Part shown: positions 49,484 to 59,032 of the stretch, piece by piece | Numbering within the stretch: the stretch's first letter is position 1 | How the letters are laid out: every line of letters begins with the position of its first letter | NCBI GenBank assembly: GCA_038231275.1 | Contig: JBBRLQ010000002.1 | Coordinates: 128,001-192,000 of the forward strand | Reading direction: 5' to 3' | DNA from: Polyangiales bacterium | Lineage (GTDB): Bacteria > Myxococcota_A > Polyangia > Polyangiales > Polyangiaceae | Length of the DNA stretch: 64,000 nucleotides | Notes under the pieces: model-generated | What the model was told of the DNA's origin: nothing | Seen by the model: the letters and a program-made list of their open reading frames with translations, nothing else | The model's database searches: none | Made by a program: the position numbers and the translations under genes

Positions 49484-50293
49484 GTGGGTTCCCGACTCAC
49501 CCCCATCCTGACGTACGCCGCGGCCGGGCTTGCGGCGGCCACGACCGTAGGGGTCCTCCTCTACTTGGTGGTCTCGTTCTTCCTCATGCGCGCGCACGTA
49601 CCCGCGCGGCCGTTCCGCGCGACGCTTCGCGAGCTCATTCGCGAGACGTGGTGGGTGGTCCTCACGCAGCCGCTCATCCCCCTCTATTACCTCCGCGGGC
49701 ACGCGATGGGAGGGGACGGGCCGGGCGACGCGATCGTCTTCGTGCACGGCTACTTCCAGAACCGCGCGAACTTCGTCGGCGTCGCGCGCGCGATCCGGCG
49801 CGCGGGGTTGGGGCCGATGTTCGGCTTCAACTACCCATGGGTGCTTCGCGTCGAGAAGAACGCGGCGCGTTTGGCGAAGTTCGTCGAGAAGGTCTGCGCG
49901 GCGAGCGGGCGCGAGCACGTGTCGTTGGTAGCGCACTCGCTCGGCGGGCTCGTCGCGCTCGAGTACTTGCAGTCGGAGGAGGGGGCGCGGCGCGTCCGCA
50001 AGTGCGTGACGATCGCCTCGCCGCACGCGGGCGTTCCGTGGCGCGGGCCGATCCTCGGTGAGGTGGGGCGGCAGATGCGCAGCGGCTCGACGTTCATGAC
50101 CGATCGCGCCGGGCGCAAGCTCGCCATCCCGACCTTGAGCATCTACTCGACGCACGACAACATGGTGCACCCGGCGACGACGAGCCAGCTCGTGGCGCGC
50201 GGAGGGGTCGATCTCGCCGTCGAGGGGCCGGGGCACCTCTCGATCCTGTTTGATCCGAAGGTCGCGAGCGCGGTGGTCGACTTCCTTCGCTAA
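49484..50293 (+). CDS. Alpha/beta hydrolase (lipase/esterase)
   Basis: 'FVHGY', 'AHSLGG', 'HDNMV', 'GHL'. Confidence 0.9.
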   Translation: MGSRLTPILTYAAAGLAAATTVGVLLYLVVSFFLMRAHVPARPFRATLRELIRETWWVVLTQPLIPLYYLRGHAMGGDGPGDAIVFVHGYFQNRANFVGVARAIRRAGLGPMFGFNYPWVLRVEKNAARLAKFVEKVCAASGREHVSLVAHSLGGLVALEYLQSEEGARRVRKCVTIASPHAGVPWRGPILGEVGRQMRSGSTFMTDRAGRKLAIPTLSIYSTHDNMVHPATTSQLVARGGVDLAVEGPGHLSILFDPKVASAVVDFLR

Positions 50294-50296
50294 GGA

Positions 50297-50349
50297 CCTG
50301 AGCGGAAAAGCCGGTCAGGCCTTCCTTCATGAGCGTTTCGCTCCACTCA
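50297..50349. repeat. REP-like intergenic element, copy A
   Basis: cctgagcggaaaagccggtcagg ... cgtttcgctccactca, between convergent genes. Confidence 0.7.
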
Positions 50350-52602
50350 CCGTGACGCCGCCGCCGCGAGGCGATGGGAGGCGGCGCGGCGAAGGTCCCC
50401 GGTGACCTCGAACGCGCGCGCGGCGCGCTCGTGGAGCAGCGCGTCGGTCGGCGACAAATCGGCGCGCGCGTCGAGGGCCGTCGCGGTGCGCGCCGGTGAC
50501 GCGAGCTCGATCAACGTGTCGTAGGCGCGCGGCGCGCCGGGCACCGCGCGCACGAAGCGCTCCGCGGCCTCGCGTGCCTCGTCGCGGCGATCGGCGCGCA
50601 TGAGCGCGTGCACGAACGCGTCGTGGGCCTCGGCGTCGTCGGGGCGCTCCTCCGTCCGCGTTCGCAGCTGCCAAATCGTGTGCGGATCGGGCGTCTCCGA
50701 GGCCGGAACGCGGAGCGGCAGGACCCCGGGACCGCCGACAGTGCCCGCCTCCGGCGTGAGGAGAAACGGATAGACGACCGACACGATCCCCCCTTCGGGT
50801 GTCGGAAACGCCATGTCGCGAAACACGTCGGCGACGCACGCCACGACCGCGGCGTCAGGGAGATCCGAGCCCGCGTCCGCCGCCGCGACGACCGCGCCGT
50901 CGCGACCGATGACGAACTTGATCGCGACGCGCCCTGCGAGCGTCGGGTTGGCGCGCAGCCCTTGCTCGTAGCAGAAGGAGACACGCGCGCGGTTCATGTG
51001 GACGATGTGCTGGATGCGCTCGGCGGGGAACCGACCGGTGACCTGTACGAAGGCCATGCGCAGCGCGATCGGCCGGGCGACGTGACCGGCGAGGACCCCG
51101 GGCGCGCTCGAGGTAGTGGCGATGGGACCGACTTGCTTGGGGGGCGCGGATCGCACGGCGCGCGCGATGCCGTTCTCGAGGAACATCTCGTCGCTCTCGA
51201 GCACGAGCCACGACGCGGACTTGGCGAGGACCTTGTGCGCGCGCGCGATCGCGCCGGCGGCGGCGAGGCTCTTCGCGTCCCCCTTGGCCTCGAGGGCGTC
51301 CACGCGCGTCTGCGCGAGGAGCGCGTCGGCGCGCGCGACGTCACGTGCGATGACCTTCACCTGGTGCGTCGACGAGTACGACCGCCCCTGAATCGCGCCG
51401 CGGATCGTGAGATCTCCGTGTGGCGCGCCTTTCACGACGCCAATCGCCACGAGCGGCTCGCCGAGACCGATGCGCTCGGGCAGGGGCGTCGCGAGCGCGA
51501 GGCCTGCCGGGAGATCGATCGACGGCGCGCGCAGGCTCGACGCATGGAGACGCCTTGCGAGCGCGGCGGCGGGAGCGTGGGGAGGCGAGCCGACTGCGTC
51601 GTTCGCGTCATCGAAGGTGCCTGCGACGGCACGCGCGAGTGAAGCGAGCTCGCCGAGGTCGACGTCCCCGACGCGGACCGCGCGAAGCTCCGCCCCTTCC
51701 CCGAGCGAGGTCCGCACGCGCGCGGCGACGTCGGAGGGATTCAGCGCACCCGACGTCGCGCGGCCGGAGCCGAGCCAAACGATCTGACCTTCGGCGCCCA
51801 CGCGCGCGGCCGCCTCCGCGACGCCGCCGGCCACGTCCCGCGCACCACCTCCTCGCGGCGCCGCCATCCACGCGTCGAGATCGGCGACCGACGCGTCGAC
51901 CTTCACGGCGAGGCCCGCCGACGGGAACGACGCGCACGCGCTGTCGCACACGAGGACCGCGAAGCGCTCGCCGTTCGAGAGCGTTCCCACGAGCTCGCGT
52001 GCGATCGCCTCCGCGCGCGCGATCGCCCGTGGTCCTTGCCCGCGACTTGCATCGATCGCGATCGCGCGCGCCCTCGGCAGCGTCTCTGGCAACGCGGAGG
52101 TCGGCACGCGAAGGACGAAGCCTTCGCGCCCGAGCGTCAGCTCCGCGTCGCCGGTCGGCGCCGCAGGAGCGACCTCGTCGTACGCGAGCATGATCCTCCT
52201 CGACCCATGCGCCGGGACCGGGAAAATCTTGATCTGAACCGATCCATCCGCGAGGCGCTCCACGAGCGCCGGATCGCGCGGCGTCGGCCGGTCCACGATG
52301 CCGCTGAAGATTCGGCGCGAGCGCTCGGCCTCGAGAACCTCTCCTTCTATCAGGGTCCCGTCGACGTCCAGCGCGACACGCGAGAGCGCGGCGCCCTTGG
52401 GCAGGTGCACGACGTACCGCGCCTCGAGCTGCATCGGCGTAGAGTTCTCGACGACGTCCTCACGCTCGGTCCGAAGGAGCCCCGCGTCCTCCGCGACGCG
52501 AACGACGCCCGGCACGACGCGCATCCCGTCCACAGTCTGGCTCGTCCCCGGGACGCGCGCGCTGACCGCCGAGACGAGCGCCAAAACCAGGGGCAAGCTC
52601 AT
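50347..52602 (-). CDS. VIT-domain protein with degenerate vWA-like region, AgmX/PglI C-terminal (TonB-C-like) domain and TPR tail
   Basis: 'LEARYVVHLPKGA...PRDPAL...IFPVPAHGSRRI'; 'CYEQGLRANPTLAGRVAIKFVIGRDG...VVYPF'. Confidence 0.82.
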   Translation of the reverse strand: MSLPLVLALVSAVSARVPGTSQTVDGMRVVPGVVRVAEDAGLLRTEREDVVENSTPMQLEARYVVHLPKGAALSRVALDVDGTLIEGEVLEAERSRRIFSGIVDRPTPRDPALVERLADGSVQIKIFPVPAHGSRRIMLAYDEVAPAAPTGDAELTLGREGFVLRVPTSALPETLPRARAIAIDASRGQGPRAIARAEAIARELVGTLSNGERFAVLVCDSACASFPSAGLAVKVDASVADLDAWMAAPRGGGARDVAGGVAEAAARVGAEGQIVWLGSGRATSGALNPSDVAARVRTSLGEGAELRAVRVGDVDLGELASLARAVAGTFDDANDAVGSPPHAPAAALARRLHASSLRAPSIDLPAGLALATPLPERIGLGEPLVAIGVVKGAPHGDLTIRGAIQGRSYSSTHQVKVIARDVARADALLAQTRVDALEAKGDAKSLAAAGAIARAHKVLAKSASWLVLESDEMFLENGIARAVRSAPPKQVGPIATTSSAPGVLAGHVARPIALRMAFVQVTGRFPAERIQHIVHMNRARVSFCYEQGLRANPTLAGRVAIKFVIGRDGAVVAAADAGSDLPDAAVVACVADVFRDMAFPTPEGGIVSVVYPFLLTPEAGTVGGPGVLPLRVPASETPDPHTIWQLRTRTEERPDDAEAHDAFVHALMRADRRDEAREAAERFVRAVPGAPRAYDTLIELASPARTATALDARADLSPTDALLHERAARAFEVTGDLRRAASHRLAAAASR

Positions 52603-52653
52603 GCCCGTTGGACCGCGCGCGACACCGAGAAGTTCCCGCGCTATTTTCCCCGG

Positions 52654-52872
52654 GTGTCCGAACGCGATCCCGCTGTCGAGGCGGCCCTCCGAAAAGCGAG
52701 CGACGAGAACGGCCTCGACCCCGACTACCGCGACTGCGTGCGCCCCCTCCTCCGCGACCCCGACGGCCGCTGGCCCGAGTGCTGCGGCGGCAGCTGCGAG
52801 CCGTGCTCCGCCCTCCTCACGCGCGTGGCCTCGCGCACGCTGGATCTGCTCGGAACGCCCCGTAAGAGCTAG
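52654..52872 (+). CDS. Small Cys-cluster protein (oxidoreductase-like CCxxxCxPC motif)
   Basis: GTG start at 52654; 'WPECCGGSCEPC'. Confidence 0.6.
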   Translation: MSERDPAVEAALRKASDENGLDPDYRDCVRPLLRDPDGRWPECCGGSCEPCSALLTRVASRTLDLLGTPRKS

Positions 52873-52881
52873 ACTGCAGGG

Positions 52882-54531
52882 ATGACCTCACGCCGACGCG
52901 GGCACCTCGTCTGGATCACGCTCCTGGCCGGGCTCCTCTGGGTGCCCGCGCCCGGCTGCGGCTCGAGCGCGCCGGGCTCCGGCTTCTCCGATCCGGACGC
53001 GGGAGGCGACGGCAACGTAGGCGGCGAGGCGGGCAACTGCTCGTCGCCCAGCCGCACATGCAGCGGCGCGTGCATCGACGTGACGAGCGATCCGGCGAAC
53101 TGCGGCGACTGCGGGCGCACGTGCGACAACGGCTCTCCGTGCTGCGGCGGCATCTGCGTGCAGGCCGCGGCGTGCTCGTTCGCGATCACGAAGGTCTCGC
53201 AATTTCGCCTTTACCTGAGCGGTTCGCAGTGGGTGACCCTGACCGGCGCAGGCTTCGTCCCCGGGATGAAGGTCACCGTCGGCGACGGTCGCGCGGTCGT
53301 CCGCGTGCTCGACGACAAGACCGCGCTCATCCTCACGCCCCCCGCGCCCGCCGGCATCGTCGACGCGCGCATCGACGCCGCCGGGAAGACCGCGACGCTG
53401 AAGAACGCGTTCCAGTACGAGACGGCCGGCCTCGGCACGCCGTGGAAGCAACGCCCCATGCGCGTCGTCCGCGGAGAAGATCCCGGCATCGCCGTACTGC
53501 AAGACGGCCGCGTCCTCATCGCCGGCGGCACCCGCGTTCCCGACAACGGGAGCCTCACGCTCGCCGACGGTACCGCCAACGACGCCCTCACCACCGCCGA
53601 GATCTACACGCGCGCGACCGAGGTCGTGACCCCCGTGACCGGCACGATGAGCGCGCCGCGCTGGCACGACTCCGCGGTCACATTGATGAACGGCAAGGTG
53701 CTGGTGGTCGGCGCGACGTGCACCGCGAGCCCGTGTCCCGGCGCGCTCACCGCAGATTTGTTCGATCCGACGACGAACACGTTCACGCCGAGCAAGTCGC
53801 CGCTCAAGGTCGAGCGCGAGTACACGCGCGCCGTGCTCCTCCCCGACGGGCGCGTCCTCATCGCGTCGGCTGGCGAACCGACGCTGGAGATTTACGATCC
53901 CGACGCCGACACGTTCACCCAAGTGCCGCACACCGTCGTTCACACGTTCGGGTTCATGGTCCGCCTCCGCGACGGGCGCGTCCTCTTCGGCGGCGGCGAC
54001 GGCGGCGCCAGCCCGGCGGTCACGGCCGCGGAGGTGTTCGATCCCGACACGAACGCGATCACGTCCGTCGGCGCGCTCCAGCAAGGTCGCTCGATGCTCA
54101 CCGCCCACACGTTGCCCGACGGTCGCGCGCTCGTCATCGGCGGCGCGAGCTTCAGCGCCGGCGGCATCCACGCGCCGCTCGACTCCATCGAGGCGTTCGA
54201 TCCGAAGACCGCGCAGTTCACGACGATGCCGTACAAGCTCTCGATCGGCCGCACCTGGCACGCCAGCGCGCTCGTGCGCGACGGGAGCGTCCTCGTCATG
54301 GGCGGGTACACCGTCGATGCGAAGTGCGACTCGCTCTCGCCGAGCGTCGATCAGGTGGATCCTGCCGCCGGCAAGTCCATCGTCTTCGATCCGCTGCCCA
54401 ACGCGAATTGCGAGTGGACGGCGGTGACGCTCCTCGACGGCTCGGTCCTCGGCGTCGGCGGCGGCGCGTGCGGGACGTCGAGCGCGCTGCCCGATCTCGA
54501 TTTTTTGCCGGGCGCGCCCGAGACGAAGTGA
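52882..54531 (+). CDS. Lipoprotein with Cys-rich repeat, IPT/TIG domain and Kelch beta-propeller
   Basis: 'DPANCGDCG'; repeated 'LxDGRVLxxGG' blades. Confidence 0.85.
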   Translation: MTSRRRGHLVWITLLAGLLWVPAPGCGSSAPGSGFSDPDAGGDGNVGGEAGNCSSPSRTCSGACIDVTSDPANCGDCGRTCDNGSPCCGGICVQAAACSFAITKVSQFRLYLSGSQWVTLTGAGFVPGMKVTVGDGRAVVRVLDDKTALILTPPAPAGIVDARIDAAGKTATLKNAFQYETAGLGTPWKQRPMRVVRGEDPGIAVLQDGRVLIAGGTRVPDNGSLTLADGTANDALTTAEIYTRATEVVTPVTGTMSAPRWHDSAVTLMNGKVLVVGATCTASPCPGALTADLFDPTTNTFTPSKSPLKVEREYTRAVLLPDGRVLIASAGEPTLEIYDPDADTFTQVPHTVVHTFGFMVRLRDGRVLFGGGDGGASPAVTAAEVFDPDTNAITSVGALQQGRSMLTAHTLPDGRALVIGGASFSAGGIHAPLDSIEAFDPKTAQFTTMPYKLSIGRTWHASALVRDGSVLVMGGYTVDAKCDSLSPSVDQVDPAAGKSIVFDPLPNANCEWTAVTLLDGSVLGVGGGACGTSSALPDLDFLPGAPETK

Positions 54532-54804
54532 AGCCCGCCGCCCCCACCTGGATCATTTCGGTGTGAGCGCACCTGGCGCCGAAATGAGATCGATTCGATC
54601 ACAGACCGACATGTCGCCGAGCGCGAGTCGATCACGGTCTCGGCGACGTCGCAATCTTCACAACTGGCGTGGATTCCCGGCAGAGGTGCGCGTCGCGGCG
54701 CCGGATGGGGCGGCGGCGGGTGGCCACACGAGAAGCCGGCCCGGTTCGTGCGTAGGGGTTAGTGACCGCGAGGACCGACGCGCTGTGCGAGCGTCTGGAG
54801 GACC

Positions 54805-56883
54805 ATGAAAGCTCACCGACATTTCGCCACCCGAATCCTTCCTATCGCCGCCACGATCCTCGGCGTCGCGCTGGCGGCGTGCGGAGACAGCGCCACCGAC
54901 AGCCTGAGCAGCGGAGGCCCGCACGGAAATCCCGCCGACGCGAGCGCGGACGCAGACGACGCCGGCGTCGATCCCGACGGCGGACCGCCGGCCGCGCCGT
55001 TCGAAGCGGTCGGCCCGTCGGTCTACGTGCCGCGCGTGAAGAACCTCATGACCGGCCTCGCGGCGACGGACGCCGAGGTCAACGCCGTCGTCGCGGACCC
55101 GAACGCGCTGCGCACGCTCATCGATCAGTGGATGACGCTGCCCGAGTTCCAGGGTCGCATGCTCGACTTCTTCCGGAACGCGTTCCAGCAGAACCAGGTC
55201 GTCACCAGCGCGCTGATGGCCAACCTCGGGCTCAACTTCCAGGTGAACCCCGCCGTCGCGAAGCAGCTCGAACGCAACATCATGGACAGCTTCCCGATGA
55301 CCGTTTGGGAGATGGTCAAGGCCGGGACGCCGCTCAACACGGCGGTCACGACGAACCAGTACATGATGACGACGGCGATGATGAGCCTCCTCTCGTACGC
55401 CGACGACATCGCGGTCGACGACAAGGGCAAGACGACGAACCGCCCGCTGGGGCGCACGGCGATCCCGGCGACCGGCTTCACGATCGACCCGAAGTCGACC
55501 GCCACGCTCGCGCAGTCGCTGACCGTGGGCGACCCGAACTACATGACCTTCAACCTGCCCGCGACCTTCGCCGGGTGCACGACGCTCACGCCGTACACGT
55601 TCAACACGGCGAACCAGATGTACCAGCAGCTGTTCGGCTTCCTTCTCGGACGATCGCCCTACCCGCCGTGCATCGCGAACAACAACAGCACGACGTTCAC
55701 GTCGCAGTTCGCCGACACGGATTTCTCGGACTGGCGCCTCGTCACGCTCAACACGACGACGACCAACACGACGCCGAACTTCTTCGACATCATCAAGATC
55801 CGCGCCGCCAACGCGATGAGCCTGCACACGCAGCGCATCGGGTACTTCGGCACGATGGCGTTCGACGCGAACTGGGGCACCAACACGAGCAACGAGGCGC
55901 GCGTCACCGCGAACCAGTCGCTCATCGTGGCCATCGGCGAGAGCATCCTCGGCGAGGACACGATCGTGAAGTTCCCGGTCAACGCCACCGACGCGAACCA
56001 CGCGACGAACCCGGCCTGCGCGGGCTGTCACAGCCAGCTCGACCCGTTCAAGCAGTACTTCCGCCAGTCCTACTCGCTCACCTACCACGACCAGACGGAC
56101 ACGACGCAGCTGTCCCAGCCGGCCGGCTTCAACATCGGCGGCGTGACGACGACGGGTCAGGGGGTCGGCGATCTGTCGAAGACGCTGGCCTCGCATCCGC
56201 GCTTCCAGCTGGCGTGGGCGCAGAAGCTCTACTTCTGGGGCACCTCCACCCCGGCGCTCGAGGACGATCCCGAGCTCGTGCGCATCGCCGGCGTTTTCGC
56301 GAAGGCGAACTACGACTTCAAGACCCTCGCCCGCGAGGTCTTCTCGTCGCCGCTGCTCACGCTGGCATCGGGCACCAAGACGACGCAGACCAACGGCGTC
56401 ATCCTCAGCATCGCGCGCCGCGACCAGTTCTGCGCCGCGCTCTCCAACCGCATGGGCCTCGCCGACGTGTGCGGAATGGAGACGGTGAAGCCGACGAGCG
56501 CGCAGAACACCATCGCGTCGCGCGCGCTCCTCATGCCGGTCGACACCTATTACCGCGCGTACGCGCTGCCGTCGTACCCGACAAACCCCGATCTGTTCTT
56601 CCGTGACAGCGTCGAGTCGATCTGCCGGCTCGTGGCCGACCAAGTCGTCGACGTCGCGGCGGGCAGCAAGTACAGCAGCAAGTCGAGCGATCAGGCGATG
56701 AGCGACTTCGTGGCGACGGTCATGGGCGTCCCGCCCTCCGACCCGCGCTCGTCGCCGGCCATCGCCATCTTGAAGGACAACTACACCGCGGCGCTGGCGG
56801 CCAAGGCCACGCCCACCGACTCGCTGAAATCGACCTTCACGCTGGCGTGCATCGCGCCCTCCAGCATCGCGATGGGGCTCTAG
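54805..56883 (+). CDS. DUF1592/DUF1588/DUF1585-like lipoprotein with one CxxCH
   Basis: Lipobox LAAC; 'YVPRVKNLMTG'; 'CAGCHSQLDP'; RBS GGAGG. Confidence 0.7.
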   Translation: MKAHRHFATRILPIAATILGVALAACGDSATDSLSSGGPHGNPADASADADDAGVDPDGGPPAAPFEAVGPSVYVPRVKNLMTGLAATDAEVNAVVADPNALRTLIDQWMTLPEFQGRMLDFFRNAFQQNQVVTSALMANLGLNFQVNPAVAKQLERNIMDSFPMTVWEMVKAGTPLNTAVTTNQYMMTTAMMSLLSYADDIAVDDKGKTTNRPLGRTAIPATGFTIDPKSTATLAQSLTVGDPNYMTFNLPATFAGCTTLTPYTFNTANQMYQQLFGFLLGRSPYPPCIANNNSTTFTSQFADTDFSDWRLVTLNTTTTNTTPNFFDIIKIRAANAMSLHTQRIGYFGTMAFDANWGTNTSNEARVTANQSLIVAIGESILGEDTIVKFPVNATDANHATNPACAGCHSQLDPFKQYFRQSYSLTYHDQTDTTQLSQPAGFNIGGVTTTGQGVGDLSKTLASHPRFQLAWAQKLYFWGTSTPALEDDPELVRIAGVFAKANYDFKTLAREVFSSPLLTLASGTKTTQTNGVILSIARRDQFCAALSNRMGLADVCGMETVKPTSAQNTIASRALLMPVDTYYRAYALPSYPTNPDLFFRDSVESICRLVADQVVDVAAGSKYSSKSSDQAMSDFVATVMGVPPSDPRSSPAIAILKDNYTAALAAKATPTDSLKSTFTLACIAPSSIAMGL

Positions 56884-56892
56884 GAGGAACGC

Positions 56893-58215
56893 ATGGAACC
56901 TTCACGTCGCAAGCTGCTTCTCTCGGGACTTTTCGGCGCCGGCTGGGTCGGCCTCCGCGCCCTCGCGACCGGCCTCCCGGTCTCCCTCCTCACCGGCGCC
57001 GTCGGCGAGCGCGAAGCACGCGCGGACACACCGCCGGCCTGCGGGGCCAAGCCGCAGTACCTTCTCCTCCTCACGTCGGGCAGCGGCGATCCGCTGAACG
57101 CCAACGTCCCCGGGTGCTACGCGGACGCGGGCATCTACCACTCCGCGCTGCCGACGATGGCGCCGACGCAGATGACGGTCGGCGGACAGCAGGTCACCGC
57201 AGCGCTCCCGTGGACGACGCTGCCCGCGAGCATCCTGGCGCGGACGAGCTTCTTCCACCACGCGACGTACACGAACTCGCACGGCGACGCGGCGAAGGTG
57301 AATCGCCTCATGGGCGCCGTCCAGCGCCAGGAGATGCTCGCCTCGCTCATCGCGAAGAACCTCGCGCCGTGCCTCAAGACGATCCAGGCGCAGCCGGTCG
57401 TCCTGAACAACAACCTCATCACGTACAACGGCAGCGTGCTGCCGATCCTCAGCCCGCCGAACCTGCAGGCGGCGCTGGCGGCTCCGACCGGCCCGCTCGC
57501 GCAGCTCCAGCAGATCCGCGACGCGCACGTCGACCAGCTGAACGCGCTGTTCAAGCAGACCGGCAACATCGCGCAGAAGCAGATCCTCGACTCGTACGCG
57601 CTCTCGCAGACCCAGGCGCGCTCGCTCTCGCAGCAGCTCCTCAGCGATCTGTCGTCGATCAAGGGGACCACCCGCGCCGACACGAACATCGCCACCGCGG
57701 TGCTCTTCAAGATGAACGTGAGCCCGGTCGCCGTCGCCACGTACAGCTTCGGCGGTGACAACCACACCGACAACGCGCTCACCAACGAGTCGAACGAGCT
57801 CGTCAACAGCACCACGGCGCTGGCCGATCTGATGACGCGCCTGACGTCGTACGGCCTGCAGGACAGCGTGACGATCGCGATGCAGAACGTCTTCGGTCGC
57901 ACGCTCTCGATCCAGAGCCACAGCGCCAACCCCGACGGCCGAAACCACAACGCCAACCACCACTGCTCGGTGCTCATCGGCGCCGGCATCAAGTCGTCGC
58001 TCATCGGCGGCGTGGCGCTCCAGACCGGCGGCCGCGATTACCGCGCGACCGGCTTCGACTCGGCGACCGGCAAGTCGAACGACGGCGGCGACGTGCCCTA
58101 CGAGAACACGCTCGGCTCCGTCGGCAAGACGCTCGGCCTCGCGTGCGGCGTCGCGCAGACCGAGCTCGACAAGCAGATCACGCTCGGCAAGGTCATCCCG
58201 GCCGCGCTCGTCTAG
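56893..58215 (+). CDS. Tat-exported DUF1501/DUF1552-like protein
   Basis: 'SRRKLL' twin-arginine signal; 'GGDNHTD', 'VFGRT', 'GRNHNANHH'; RBS AGGAGG. Confidence 0.75.
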   Translation: MEPSRRKLLLSGLFGAGWVGLRALATGLPVSLLTGAVGEREARADTPPACGAKPQYLLLLTSGSGDPLNANVPGCYADAGIYHSALPTMAPTQMTVGGQQVTAALPWTTLPASILARTSFFHHATYTNSHGDAAKVNRLMGAVQRQEMLASLIAKNLAPCLKTIQAQPVVLNNNLITYNGSVLPILSPPNLQAALAAPTGPLAQLQQIRDAHVDQLNALFKQTGNIAQKQILDSYALSQTQARSLSQQLLSDLSSIKGTTRADTNIATAVLFKMNVSPVAVATYSFGGDNHTDNALTNESNELVNSTTALADLMTRLTSYGLQDSVTIAMQNVFGRTLSIQSHSANPDGRNHNANHHCSVLIGAGIKSSLIGGVALQTGGRDYRATGFDSATGKSNDGGDVPYENTLGSVGKTLGLACGVAQTELDKQITLGKVIPAALV

Positions 58216-58222
58216 CGGAGCT

Positions 58223-58313
58223 GAGCGAAGCGCAGCGGACGCTCAAGCCCTGACCGGAAAAGCCGGTCAGGACTCTCCGCCAGGAGTCGTTTCGCTGCGC
58301 TGCGCTCCACTCA
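58223..58313. repeat. REP-like intergenic element, copy B (multi-stem)
   Basis: Perfect 9-bp hairpin cctgaccgg-aaaag-ccggtcagg (58249-58271), enclosed by imperfect inverted repeats 58223-58241/58288-58307. Confidence 0.75.
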
Positions 58314-58925
58314 GCGCGCGAGGTCGATGGCCTCGCGCAGCGTCTTCGCACGGCACATCACGGCGGTGACGTCGCCGAAGGCCACCGTGTCGCCCGGATC
58401 GATGTCGACGAGCTCCTGGCCCAGGATCTTGCGGCCGTTCACGCGCGTGCCGTTCTTGCTGTCGTTGTCGCCGACGAAGTAGGCGCCGGAGTCGTCGCAG
58501 TTGAGCCATGCATGGCGCTGCGAGACGCTCCAGTGCTTCAGCACGATGTCGGACGCGGGTGAGCGGCCGACCCAAACGCGGCTGGTCAGAGAATCGCGCC
58601 CGGTATTGCGCTTGGTCAGGACGACGAGGAAGTGAGTCCCCGCCTCGAGCGCTGCGCGCAGCTTCTCGGGATCCTCTTTCTTGGCGGCACCGCGGCGCGA
58701 GCTGGGGGTCTTCGAGCCGATGAGGAGCGTGTTCGTGCTGCTGCCGCTGTCGGCCAAACGGGCGTCGACCACCTTCATCGCGGCCTCGAGCGCGGTCACG
58801 AGCTTGCCGTTCGGATCGTCCACTCGGACGAGGAGAAGAAGGACCTCCCCCAGCGGACCATGCACGATGTCGTCGCGTCGGCCCTCGCAGAAGTGGCCGG
58901 CGAGGTCTTTCGGCAAGAGCAGCAT
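58311..58925 (-). CDS. FHA domain protein
   Basis: 'VGRSPASDI', 'SVSQRHA', 'DNDSKNGTRVNG'. Confidence 0.9.
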   Translation of the reverse strand: MLLLPKDLAGHFCEGRRDDIVHGPLGEVLLLLVRVDDPNGKLVTALEAAMKVVDARLADSGSSTNTLLIGSKTPSSRRGAAKKEDPEKLRAALEAGTHFLVVLTKRNTGRDSLTSRVWVGRSPASDIVLKHWSVSQRHAWLNCDDSGAYFVGDNDSKNGTRVNGRKILGQELVDIDPGDTVAFGDVTAVMCRAKTLREAIDLAR

Positions 58926-59032
58926 GTTCGGACTAGTCAGCCATCACGCGCGACCTCGGGCAAGGGGAATTCGGCGGAGCGGCCTCACGAACTGATTAAT
59001 CGCCGTGGGCGCCCGGCCGTATTCCCGGCGTC

